Shown one piece after another: positions 8,661 through 17,116 of a DNA stretch of 38,062 nt. Below the pieces are notes generated by a model. It made no database searches. It saw only the letters and a program-made list of their open reading frames with translations, and was not told where the DNA came from. Position 1 is the stretch's first letter. Each line of letters starts with the position of its first letter. Origin of the DNA: Eubacteriales bacterium (GTDB lineage: Bacteria > Bacillota > Clostridia > Oscillospirales > CAG-272); the NCBI GenBank assembly GCA_045638405.1, contig JAZUBG010000240.1:1-38062 (forward strand), in the 5' to 3' direction. Position numbers and translations under genes: made by a program.

Positions 8661-8674
8661 TTTTTTATCTTAAA

Positions 8675-8971
8675 TCAGTCCTGATCGTCGTAGAAAACGT
8701 CAGCAAACTCGTCGTCGAAGATGTCTGCGATTCTGTCAAACTCTTCGTCGTCCTCAATGGTCTCAAGAACGGGCTCACCGTCCTCGTCAGTGCCGACCTT
8801 GAGAATTACGTATTCGTCACTTGTCTCCTCACCGTTCTCGTCAACGGGGATAAGTGCCTTGTATTCAGCACCCTCATGCTCGAGAGATGCAAGAAGTGCA
8901 AAATTAAGCTCGTTTCCGTCTTCGTCTGTAAGAGTATAAATTTCGGGATCGTAGATTTCGTTGTTATCCAT
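8675..8971 (-). CDS. DUF1292 family protein (98 aa, acidic)
   Basis: MDNNEIYDPEIYTLTDEDGNELNFALLASLEHEGAEYKALIP...DDEEFDRIADIFDDE matches the very characteristic DUF1292 (YrzB-like) pattern as I remember it. Confidence 0.85.
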   Translation of the reverse strand: MDNNEIYDPEIYTLTDEDGNELNFALLASLEHEGAEYKALIPVDENGEETSDEYVILKVGTDEDGEPVLETIEDDEEFDRIADIFDDEFADVFYDDQD

Positions 8972-9021
8972 TTTTGTGATCCATACCTTTCTTTCGAATT
9001 TAGCTTTCCTATACTGACTAT

Positions 9022-9050
9022 ATTTTATACCAAAATCCCGATTTTGTCAA
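9022..9050 (-). promoter_or_regulatory. Sigma-A-type promoter for the DUF1292 gene (minus strand)
   Basis: On the minus strand: TTGACA (RC of 9045-9050), a 17-nt spacer, then TAAAAT (RC of 9022-9027). Confidence 0.55.
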
Positions 9051-9079
9051 GATGGATTTATACAGTACAGTAAATTTAG

Positions 9080-9286
9080 CTAATTTTGTTTTGCCACTAC
9101 CTTATATTCGTCATACGGTTTGAAATAGGGACAACCTCTTGAAAAATCTCCCGAGAGGTATATCCTGTAGTCGTCTTCGTCAAGATCTGCGTGGCAGTAC
9201 TTCTCGCCAAGATCATCGGGATCGTCCGACACATCGTAATACTCGCACTCTTCGCAGATTCCGTGGTATTTTTTCTTACTGTTCAT
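9080..9286 (-). CDS. Small Cys-containing protein (68 aa), function unknown
   Basis: The ORF starts 22 nt after the decarboxylase stop. Four cysteines are arranged C-x2-C ... C ... C (GICEECEYY ... KYCHAD ... RGCPYF), suggesting a zinc-ribbon-like mini-protein. Confidence 0.6.
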   Translation of the reverse strand: MNSKKKYHGICEECEYYDVSDDPDDLGEKYCHADLDEDDYRIYLSGDFSRGCPYFKPYDEYKVVAKQN

Positions 9287-9308
9287 ATATACTAAGCCTT
9301 TTAATAGG

Positions 9309-10688
9309 TTATTCCTTTATAACTCTGATTTTTCCGTTGTTTATTCCTCTGAGCGACACGTTTTTTCTGACAAGAGATTCCGCTGTTGCCGCAAAAAATC
9401 CGTCGCAAAGTTCTCCGGGGACTACCAGAGGGATTCCCGGAGGATACGCATATACGTATGAAGCGGACACTCTGCCTGCAGCTTCGCTGAGAAGCAACTC
9501 TTCACTTTCGCATTCCACCGCTTCTGAGGGAGTTATAATCTGACGCGGAAAGCTCACACTTTGAGGAGCTTTCGGAGGTTTACATGTAAAGCATTTATCT
9601 GCTGCAAACATACCCTGTACGAATCTGTCAAGGGATTCCGCGCCGTCGCCTGCTCCCGTCATGCCGATGACGTATGAGAGGGAAGACATCTCAAGCTCAA
9701 TTTTGTGTTCGCGTCTCAAATACTCTGAAAGTTCAGCACCCGCACCGCAGATAACGAACTTTGATACGTCATATCTCGGACTTTCAAACAGCGCGAGATT
9801 CTTTAACTCTGCGAGACGTTCGCGGGCACACATGACGTTGCGGTGCCATTCTGCCAGACGATTATTACCGTCCTCTGACGAAAGGTATCTCACCGCGCAG
9901 TCAATGGAGGCTGACAGAATATACGATGGACTTGTGGTCTGGAAAATGCTCATCTGACGCTTGATCTCGTCTTTGTCGATAAGCTCACCATTTAGGTGCA
10001 TAACCGCAGTCTGGGTAAGACTTGGGAGAGTTTTGTGTATGCTCTGTACAACTATATCCGCACCGCAAGACAGGGCTCCTTCGGGGAACACGCCGTGAAG
10101 GGAAAGATGAGCTCCGTGAGCCTCGTCTACCATCAGCGGTACGTTCACTTCATGACAGATTCGGGCTATCTCGCGAACGTCTGAGATAACGCCTTCGTAG
10201 GTTGGACTTGTGATGATAACGAGGGCAGTGTCGGGATTCTCCGAAAGTTTTAATTTAACTTCTTCGGGGGAAACTTCGGCGTAAAATCCGAAGGGGTTTA
10301 TTTTAGCGGAGAGGTAGACGGGTACGGCGCGGTTAAGCTCCACACCGTGATACACTGATTTGTGGCAACCTCTTGACATGAGGACTTTTTTTGACCTCTT
10401 GCCGATAAGCGAACCTCTTATGGCGGCAAGAATCGCACCTGAGCTTCCGTTTGCGGAGTATACGCACTCGTCGCTTCCCCAAAGAGATGCGGCAAGATGC
10501 TGGCTTTCGAGAAAAATTCCCTCGGGGTGATTGAGGTCGTCAAACCCGTCGATCTCGGTGATGTCAAATTTAAACGGCAAAGGTGCCGGATACGGAAATC
10601 CGTCGCACCTTTTGTGCCCCGGCATATGCATGGGAAGATAGTCTTCCTCAGCGTATGCCGCGAGCTTACTTAGCAGACTTTTATCCAT
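9309..10688 (-). CDS. PLP-dependent Orn/Lys/Arg decarboxylase family protein (SpeA/YaaO-like)
   Basis: HMPGHKR near the N-terminus and a PLP-lysine block SIHKTLPSLTQTA. I place the start at ATG 10688 because the track's GTG 10697 lies inside the AGAGGTG RBS, 6 nt upstream of that ATG. Confidence 0.85.
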   Translation of the reverse strand: MDKSLLSKLAAYAEEDYLPMHMPGHKRCDGFPYPAPLPFKFDITEIDGFDDLNHPEGIFLESQHLAASLWGSDECVYSANGSSGAILAAIRGSLIGKRSKKVLMSRGCHKSVYHGVELNRAVPVYLSAKINPFGFYAEVSPEEVKLKLSENPDTALVIITSPTYEGVISDVREIARICHEVNVPLMVDEAHGAHLSLHGVFPEGALSCGADIVVQSIHKTLPSLTQTAVMHLNGELIDKDEIKRQMSIFQTTSPSYILSASIDCAVRYLSSEDGNNRLAEWHRNVMCARERLAELKNLALFESPRYDVSKFVICGAGAELSEYLRREHKIELEMSSLSYVIGMTGAGDGAESLDRFVQGMFAADKCFTCKPPKAPQSVSFPRQIITPSEAVECESEELLLSEAAGRVSASYVYAYPPGIPLVVPGELCDGFFAATAESLVRKNVSLRGINNGKIRVIKE

Positions 10689-10709
10689 ATCGGGCACCTC
10701 TTGTGGTTA

Positions 10710-11948
10710 TTACTTTCTGCGAATTACCTTGATAACTTCCATCTGACCGGGAGCGAGACAGAATGACTGACCTCTAAGCTCACCTTCCTGACCGTTTCTG
10801 TTAACGTGGCAGTTAAGCTGCTTTTCGTCATAGTACACCATGTCGGCTCTTTCAACCTTTGCACTGTATGTAAGAGTCATGTGGTAGGAGTTAACTGTAT
10901 CTGTGTTTACAACTGCTATGTAATCTGTGCCGTCCTCGTCCTTGAAGAAGCTGATAAGACCGGCGCGGCAGTCAGCATGGCTGATAAGGTCTGTTACAGC
11001 ACCGGCTTCGTCTGTAGTGGAAGGTACGAAGTAGGGATAACCGCCGTAGCTTACACCAATACCGTGAGTGCTTACGTGGTTAAGTCTTCCGAAGAGCTTA
11101 CCGTAGTGGATATTGAACTTTTTCTGTGCACGAGCCATGTCGTAGAAGTGCTGAGTCTTTACTCCGAACTCGTCAATGGGACTTCCGCGGTAGTCTGCGG
11201 CAACCAGTTTGTCGTAAAGTCTGAACCAAACGATACCGCGGCATCCGCAAGCTACGCAAGTGTTGATCTGCCAACGGTAGTCATCCTCTGTTGGAACACG
11301 GTAGTAGTCGTGAGCGCTGGAGAGCATTGTTGCCCATACGTCAACGCCGTGCTTCTTGGCAGCCTCTACAAATGTGTTGAGGTTATAGAAATGCTCGAAA
11401 GAACCGGTGTTGTCACGGAAAAGTGCAGAGTAGCAGCCGAAACCGATAATGTCGTTACCGGAGTGCTCCTTAAACTTGCCAATCCACTCGTCGAGAGACT
11501 GTGTGCCCTGAAGCATCATTCTCTCTGTACGCTCGATGGAACCGAAGTTTGTGTATACAGCAGCGTTCGGAGCTACTTCCTTGATGATCTTTGTACCTTC
11601 AAAGTACTGCCACTGAGATTTGATGTTGGGCTCCTCGCCTACGTAGTAACCGTATACTGCGGGGTGAGTACCGAAGGTAGCGTGGATCTTTTCAACTTCA
11701 GCTCTGTATGCGTCAAGATCCTTGATGGATTCGAGGATCATGGTGTTGAACTGAAGAAGCACCTGAACGCCGAGACTCTGTGCGTCGTCGAGGATAGCGA
11801 TAAGATCTTCCTTGGAGTCCCTGTTCATGTTGAACATGGGGAGAAGGGGAAGCGTTATACCGAGCTCGATCCAGTCTCTGAGCATGTGAGGCTTGTAGTC
11901 CTTGAAACTGTTGTAGTTCCAGAACGTCATCTGAACCTGTTTTGCCAT
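10710..11948 (-). CDS. Hypothetical TIM-barrel glycoside-hydrolase-like protein (412 aa)
   Basis: Strong RBS AAGGAG. The alternating beta/alpha-like pattern with a YYVGEEP block resembles the acid/base NEP motif of clan GH-A enzymes (GH42/GH5-like). The functional call is weak. Confidence 0.7.
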   Translation of the reverse strand: MAKQVQMTFWNYNSFKDYKPHMLRDWIELGITLPLLPMFNMNRDSKEDLIAILDDAQSLGVQVLLQFNTMILESIKDLDAYRAEVEKIHATFGTHPAVYGYYVGEEPNIKSQWQYFEGTKIIKEVAPNAAVYTNFGSIERTERMMLQGTQSLDEWIGKFKEHSGNDIIGFGCYSALFRDNTGSFEHFYNLNTFVEAAKKHGVDVWATMLSSAHDYYRVPTEDDYRWQINTCVACGCRGIVWFRLYDKLVAADYRGSPIDEFGVKTQHFYDMARAQKKFNIHYGKLFGRLNHVSTHGIGVSYGGYPYFVPSTTDEAGAVTDLISHADCRAGLISFFKDEDGTDYIAVVNTDTVNSYHMTLTYSAKVERADMVYYDEKQLNCHVNRNGQEGELRGQSFCLAPGQMEVIKVIRRK

Positions 11949-11997
11949 ATTTATCTCCTTTTTGCCGTGTTACGGCGGATTTATTATATTCCTTCTA

Positions 11998-12026
11998 ATT
12001 ATACCATGTTATGTCGGATTTTACAA
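11998..12026 (-). promoter_or_regulatory. Sigma-A-type promoter for the GH-like/decarboxylase operon
   Basis: On the minus strand: TTGTAA (RC of 12021-12026), a 17-nt spacer, then TGgTATAAT (TATAAT is the RC of 11998-12003). Confidence 0.5.
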
Positions 12027-12127
12027 TAGATATTACTTCATTTTGTGCGCAGGACTACGGGTTGCTGAGAGTTTTTGTAAATCGTGTCAACTAAAACTTC
12101 CGGGAAGGAAAATTCACAGTTTACTTA

Positions 12128-12156
12128 TTGACTTTTTGCGCAGTATTGTTTATACT
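12128..12156 (+). promoter_or_regulatory. Sigma-A-type promoter for the prsA-like gene
   Basis: TTGACT (12128-12133), a 17-nt spacer, then TATACT (12151-12156). Confidence 0.5.
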
Positions 12157-12189
12157 AATTATAATAGATTTAATGGTAGGTGAAACAAA

Positions 12190-13164
12190 GTGAGAATTAA
12201 GAAGATTATGGCGCTTCTGCTGACACTTGCAATGCTTATACCCATGCTTGTGTCCTGCGGAGAGAATAAAACTGTAATGACTATTGGAGACTTTGAGGTT
12301 CCGTATCACGTGTACAGATATGTTGTTATCAATTCAAGACGTGAGATCGAAAAGCAGTACGGTGAGGGTGTCTGGGATTCGAAGAATGCCGATAAGGCAG
12401 AAAAGGAACTGAGAGAAAATATTAAGAACGCTCTTGCTAATCTCTATACGGTAATTGCTATCGGTGCGGAATACGATCTTACGTGGGACGGCGGTGCTGT
12501 AAGCGCTGCGGCGAAAATGAAGCGTGACGAGATTATGCTTGATTATGAGAACGAAAAAGAATTTTTAACGTCTCTCAAGGAAAACTTCATGACTGAAAAT
12601 ACCTTTATGTTCATGATTTCCAACGATATTCTCAATAATGAGGCGTATTCAGCAATGATCGACGCTAATAAGAATTACTCTGACAAGAATTATATGATGG
12701 ATAAATTCATGTCCGATGATTTTATAAGAGTAAAGCAGATTCTTGTCGGCGGAGAAAATGCGGGAACAGATGAGCAGAACCTTAAAAAGGCGAAGGAGCT
12801 TAAAGCTAAACTGGATGCAGGTGCGGATTTTGATGCTGTTTCAAAGGAATATAACAACGATCTCTTTATGTTTGAAAATGATGACGGGTACTACATTATG
12901 AAGGGAACCCGCGACTTCGAGTTTGAGTCGGCGGCTTTTGCGCTTAAAGTTGGCGAAACAAGTAAGGTTGTCAAAACTGCGGCAGGTTACTCTATCATTA
13001 AAAGATATGAGAAGGAAAAGTCCTACATTGAAGAGAACTTCTCAAAACTTGCGGAAGAATATCTTGAGTCACTGTATACCGCAAAGTATGAGACCAAGTT
13101 TGATGAGATTTACGGTAAGATCGGCGAACTTCCTGAAAAGTATAATATTTTAACGCTTAAGTAA
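12190..13164 (+). CDS. prsA: PrsA-like foldase lipoprotein (parvulin-type peptidyl-prolyl isomerase)
   Basis: GTG start and the lipobox LVS-C (MRIKKIMALLLTLAMLIPMLVSCG). The C-terminal PpiC/parvulin block is IRVKQILVG...DFDAVSKEYNND...FEFESAAFALKVGETSKVVKTAAGYSIIKR. Confidence 0.8.
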   Translation: MRIKKIMALLLTLAMLIPMLVSCGENKTVMTIGDFEVPYHVYRYVVINSRREIEKQYGEGVWDSKNADKAEKELRENIKNALANLYTVIAIGAEYDLTWDGGAVSAAAKMKRDEIMLDYENEKEFLTSLKENFMTENTFMFMISNDILNNEAYSAMIDANKNYSDKNYMMDKFMSDDFIRVKQILVGGENAGTDEQNLKKAKELKAKLDAGADFDAVSKEYNNDLFMFENDDGYYIMKGTRDFEFESAAFALKVGETSKVVKTAAGYSIIKRYEKEKSYIEENFSKLAEEYLESLYTAKYETKFDEIYGKIGELPEKYNILTLK

Positions 13165-13233
13165 TTTTTTATCCGAGTAACGTTTGCAGAGGATGAAAAT
13201 AACGCAAATCAACGAAAGGCCTGATTATCAAAG

Positions 13234-14424
13234 ATGAGACGACGCAGACTGATCCGAAGCGCATATCGCTCGGGAACAAAGAAAAAATCAATTAAGCACA
13301 TACTTATCAGAGTGGCGTTCGTTCTTGTTTTGGCGGCGGTTACCGCAAGTGTCGCACTGCTTCTCGGATCGTATCTTGATGAGAGAGCAAATTTTGCCGA
13401 ATCCCTCCTTGAAACTGACGGGAAAAGCGAACCGTCTAACGAGAAAACGGAGATGTTTCCCGGCGGAGTGCTCTCTGACTCGGACGTTACCGAAAAAAGT
13501 GTATGTGCGGCTCACATTGAAGTAGTAGGTGTCAGTGAAGAATCTGTTGCCGAAAGTATCAGAGCTCTCGGAAGTATGTACAGTGCTGTGTCTATAAACG
13601 TGGTGTCTCCCACGGGCAGTCTTGTTTATCTGTCAGATGCACTTATGAGTTATGTCAGACTTGACGGCGGTCTTGTCGTAAGACCGGCTGCGGGGGAAGA
13701 TGAAGGATCCGAAGTTAAAGGAGATGCTCTCCCTGCAATAAAGACTGCACTTGCCGTAGCGGATGAACTCGACATGAGAAAAAGTGCGGTATTTTCCGTT
13801 TCTTCAAATGTTCTTGAGAATAGTCCCGCCTCACATAATGAGAGAGTTATGGACGGTATCGTTCTCGGCGAAATGTATGACATGGGATTTGATGAGGTGA
13901 TTCTGACTTCACTCGTCAGTGAGGACGCTGAGATCACTACCGAGCTTTTAAAAAAGATCGTTTCCTATCTTTCTTCGCTCAGGGACTATTCGAGAGAAAT
14001 AGACATCGGAGTGGTTCTTCCGTCATCGGTGTATTTGGTGCCTCAAAGTGCAAGTTTTATTAAGACACTATCGGAATATGCGGATTTCCTTGCAATTTCC
14101 GTGAACACTGAGGCTGAGGAGCCTGCTGCGGCATATTCTTCGGTTTACGATAACTGCCACTCTCTGAAAGGTAATTTCAGTGTTTATAATATAAGAGGAA
14201 TGATTGAAACGGAAGACATCGAAGTAGCTCAGGCTGTATATGCTGCACTCTGTGATCTGTCTGTTAAGAGCGTGCAGTTTTCGACTTACGTAGCTGATCC
14301 TGCATACGTGGCCGAAATTCCTGCTGAGACTCCGGACGAGTCTGTCGATACCGGTGTGGTTAATGATAATGCAGTAAGTAAGGAAGACTATTTGACAAAT
14401 GGCGAAAATACTCAGAACGAATGA
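13234..14424 (+). CDS. Membrane-anchored hypothetical protein (396 aa)
   Basis: Basic N-terminus (MRRRRLIRSAYRSGTKKK) followed by one TM helix (VAFVLVLAAVTASVALLLGSYL) and a large extracytoplasmic domain. No motif that I can name with confidence. Confidence 0.7.
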   Translation: MRRRRLIRSAYRSGTKKKSIKHILIRVAFVLVLAAVTASVALLLGSYLDERANFAESLLETDGKSEPSNEKTEMFPGGVLSDSDVTEKSVCAAHIEVVGVSEESVAESIRALGSMYSAVSINVVSPTGSLVYLSDALMSYVRLDGGLVVRPAAGEDEGSEVKGDALPAIKTALAVADELDMRKSAVFSVSSNVLENSPASHNERVMDGIVLGEMYDMGFDEVILTSLVSEDAEITTELLKKIVSYLSSLRDYSREIDIGVVLPSSVYLVPQSASFIKTLSEYADFLAISVNTEAEEPAAAYSSVYDNCHSLKGNFSVYNIRGMIETEDIEVAQAVYAALCDLSVKSVQFSTYVADPAYVAEIPAETPDESVDTGVVNDNAVSKEDYLTNGENTQNE

Positions 14425-15469
14425 ACCCAATGGGGAGCTTGTACACGGTTTTTCAGAAAAGATAATGAAAACGGATATTTACCGAACCTCTGTGTCGGAA
14501 TATCCGTCACTGTTTCTGTCAGAGACCTGTGAGATTATAGATGTATCGGAATGTTTCAGGTCCTGTTGCGCAGATAACGTAAACAGGACCTTTTTATCGG
14601 AAATATTAAGAGATGCGGATTATGTAAAGTTACAAACTTTTTGCAGGGAAAAAGAAAGTGATACTCTTCTTTGCAGAATGTATTACAAAAAATACAGATA
14701 TGCTGTTGCACACGCTGTTACTTGCGGAAATAAGAGGGTTACAATATTATTTCTTTCCGCCACGGTTAAAGATACGATGACATTAAAGGCGTATCTTGCC
14801 GGTATGATGCCGCCGGAAACTTTTGAATCGTACTGCAGGGAAAAGGCTGAAAACGACGGGGACTTTTTCGGTGCATTCAGAATGCTTGTGAGTCCGTACA
14901 GCTATATATTTTTGCGTGAAAGTACAACTTTTCTCCGGGATTTTTTTGATAAACTTGTAAGGAAATGTGATCTGTTTCCGTATCGTATGACAATTAACGG
15001 GATCGAAGAATTTCCCGATCGTGACGTCAGGGTACATAGCGGAGGAATTTCGCTTTCTCTTGTTTCACTGATAGGTGTACTCGGTCCTATGTCTAAAAAC
15101 GCTGTGTTGACATTTACAGCAGAGGTTACTGATGATATATTAAGGGTAGAGGTGTCAACCGAGCTTCCCTGCGATATAAAACTTCGCGGTGAAACTGCAA
15201 GTCTTACGGGACTTGCATCTCATGTACCCGGAAGCTTTATGTATCTGTTTCTTGCCGAGCTTGCGGCGCTTGAAACGGATATTCGTATTATGATGAAATG
15301 TACAGAATCGCAGATTAAGTTTACAGTAGGAGTTCCTATGGTATCCGACAATGCTCTTCGTTTCAATTACAGAGATGTGAAAGAACTTTCGGAGCATATT
15401 GTGCTTTTGCTGTGTTCTGTGTATACTTCGCCGATATTGTCAATCTGCGATCAGAAGAAGAGCCAGTAA
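14399..15469 (+). CDS. Hypothetical protein (356 aa; start uncertain)
   Basis: Long ORF overlapping the upstream gene by 26 nt if the ATG at 14399 is used. The ATG at 14465 (MKTDIYRT) is an alternative. Neither has a strong RBS, and I recognise no family. Confidence 0.6.
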   Translation: MAKILRTNEPNGELVHGFSEKIMKTDIYRTSVSEYPSLFLSETCEIIDVSECFRSCCADNVNRTFLSEILRDADYVKLQTFCREKESDTLLCRMYYKKYRYAVAHAVTCGNKRVTILFLSATVKDTMTLKAYLAGMMPPETFESYCREKAENDGDFFGAFRMLVSPYSYIFLRESTTFLRDFFDKLVRKCDLFPYRMTINGIEEFPDRDVRVHSGGISLSLVSLIGVLGPMSKNAVLTFTAEVTDDILRVEVSTELPCDIKLRGETASLTGLASHVPGSFMYLFLAELAALETDIRIMMKCTESQIKFTVGVPMVSDNALRFNYRDVKELSEHIVLLLCSVYTSPILSICDQKKSQ

Positions 15470-15823
15470 CATAATTATGTCACCGCAACCTTTTTCTGCG
15501 GTAAGTATCAGTATCAGAGAGATTATAAGCATTTCTTCGTATCCGAAACGTCCTCCGAGTGCATCGAGGAATTTCACGATACTGTTTTTCTCCGTATGTA
15601 CAGTATCGTTTGTCGGTTCGTTTTCTTCATCATGCGGCACTGTATCACGCAGAACTTCGGTATGCCGGAGATGTGGTGGACTGATTCTCTTTTTTGACCT
15701 TCGGAATCTGTTTCCGTCATAATTCGGAGGGAGATTGTATCCGTAGAACTCATACTCGTCGTCGAATTCCTCATCTTCGTAGTCATCGTCGGCAAAAGCG
15801 CGGCTTTGATTTCTGCTGTACAT
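15440..15823 (-). CDS. Hypothetical protein with an acidic/Tyr-rich N-terminus and a C-terminal TM segment (127 aa)
   Basis: AGGAG RBS 6 nt upstream, 16 nt after the stop of the preceding gene. C-terminal hydrophobic stretch MLIISLILILTAEKGCGDIIMLLALLLIAD. Confidence 0.7.
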   Translation of the reverse strand: MYSRNQSRAFADDDYEDEEFDDEYEFYGYNLPPNYDGNRFRRSKKRISPPHLRHTEVLRDTVPHDEENEPTNDTVHTEKNSIVKFLDALGGRFGYEEMLIISLILILTAEKGCGDIIMLLALLLIAD

Positions 15824-15839
15824 ATAATGCTCCTTTCTT

Positions 15840-16214
15840 TTAAGAATTGTTTGGAGTGAACAGGTCCATAAGTCCCGTCAGACCTGAAAGAGACATGATC
15901 TTGTCGATGACGTCCTGTCTGTTTTCACTGAGATACGGCTTCAGAGCTGATAACAGTCTGTTTCTCTTTTCCGTTTCGGTGTCGGTACTTTTTGCTTTTT
16001 TCTCGGAAATGCCGAGCAGTTTGGTTAGTGCACCAATATCGGGAAAACTTTCGGTTTGGGTAAGGTTTTCTGTATTCTGAGAAATGGGAACTGTCTTTGA
16101 TTCTTCAGTTGGCTTTGTTTCGGAAAGAGATTCTTTAAGCTGCTTTACGGTATCTGCCACTCTGCTGTCACTCATCAGTGACGCGAGAACTGAGCTGAGT
16201 TCACTGTTGTCCAT
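15840..16214 (-). CDS. Hypothetical protein (124 aa from MDNSELSS)
   Basis: I prefer the ATG at 16214 over the track's TTG at 16223, which has an RBS spacing of about 1 nt. Conserved-looking C-terminus RNRLLSALKPYLSENRQDVIDKIMSLSGL. No known family. Confidence 0.7.
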   Translation of the reverse strand: MDNSELSSVLASLMSDSRVADTVKQLKESLSETKPTEESKTVPISQNTENLTQTESFPDIGALTKLLGISEKKAKSTDTETEKRNRLLSALKPYLSENRQDVIDKIMSLSGLTGLMDLFTPNNS

Positions 16215-16253
16215 AATAACCAAGCCTTTCTTTGATTTGCGGTATTGTCAGTC

Positions 16254-16472
16254 TTAGTGTCTTTTTCCCTTTTTGTAAATACTGATAAGTTCTGCTGCAC
16301 GGTTGAGATCATACTCAGTTACCTCATTGAGCATTACTCTCAGCCCTGCTAAAGTTGCCGGATCCGGGTCTTTTTTCGGATATTCCCCCTTTGATATTAC
16401 CCGAAGCATCATTACAAGCTTGTCGTCGGGCAGACTGAGTAAACTTTTAATAGTTTTTTTGTCTATCTTCAT
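16254..16472 (-). CDS. Hypothetical small protein (72 aa), first gene of a three-gene operon
   Basis: GAGGT RBS 6 nt upstream of the ATG. Tightly spaced with the two downstream genes (30-nt and 16-nt gaps). Confidence 0.7.
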   Translation of the reverse strand: MKIDKKTIKSLLSLPDDKLVMMLRVISKGEYPKKDPDPATLAGLRVMLNEVTEYDLNRAAELISIYKKGKRH

Positions 16473-16491
16473 CTGTTACCTCGAAATCACG

Positions 16492-16508
16492 GTTTGCACT
16501 TTGCAAAC
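16492..16508. promoter_or_regulatory. 7-3-7 palindrome in the divergent promoter region (candidate operator or 5'-UTR hairpin)
   Basis: GTTTGCA-ctt-TGCAAAC lies 20 nt upstream of the 72-aa gene start, between that operon and the divergent yfcE-like gene. Confidence 0.3.
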
Positions 16509-16583
16509 GGTATTCTGAGAACAGTATATGTATCTATGTGCTGAAGCGATACAGGAATTTTAATTTCAGGAGTAAATTCGATT

Positions 16584-17066
16584 ATGAAAATACTTGTTTT
16601 CTCTGACTCTCACGGTAATACTTCCCGCATGAAGGAAGCGATAACAGATCATATGCCATCATGTGACATGATAATTCATCTTGGTGACGGTGTGCGCGAC
16701 ATAGAATACGTATCGTCATTTTATCCTGAGGTTCCCGTTGTATCTCTTAAGGGCAACGGCGAGACACTTTTTCGTGACGTGAGGGTGTTTGATGAGTGCG
16801 GAGTGAGATTTATGTGTATGCACGGTCACAGCTACGGTGTAAAGTCCTCTCTCGACAGAGCAATTTACGCCGCAGAGGAAAACGGTGCCGATATACTCCT
16901 TTACGGACATACACATACTGCCAAAGACACGGTCATGAATCTTGAAAGCGGTAAAAGTATCAGAGTATTTAATCCGGGATCGGTGGGAAGAGGATACCCG
17001 TGCTCCTATGGTATTATTAATATAGACCGACGTGGGAATATACTCACTTCTCACCGTACTTTCTGA
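16584..17066 (+). CDS. YfcE/MJ0936-family metallophosphoesterase
   Basis: AGGAG RBS. Motifs MKILVFSDSHGN, HLGDG, MHGHSYG and LLYGHTHT are the calcineurin-like phosphoesterase signature. The 160-aa size is typical. Confidence 0.85.
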   Translation: MKILVFSDSHGNTSRMKEAITDHMPSCDMIIHLGDGVRDIEYVSSFYPEVPVVSLKGNGETLFRDVRVFDECGVRFMCMHGHSYGVKSSLDRAIYAAEENGADILLYGHTHTAKDTVMNLESGKSIRVFNPGSVGRGYPCSYGIINIDRRGNILTSHRTF

Positions 17067-17116
17067 ACTGAAACACGCTTTCCTCTCAAAAATCAAATAA
17101 TCATAACATCTCTGTC

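Noticed and set aside
8522-9073. 183-aa + strand ORF spanning the RNA candidate and the DUF1292 gene
   Set aside because: It is antisense to the DUF1292 gene, has a non-ATG start and no RBS, and gives an implausible hydrophobic/Cys-rich translation.
10806-12029. 407-aa ORF on the + strand
   Set aside because: It is entirely antisense to the well-supported 412-aa minus-strand gene, which has a strong RBS and a sensible domain-like sequence. Its translation is Val/Cys-rich low-complexity sequence typical of an antisense shadow frame.
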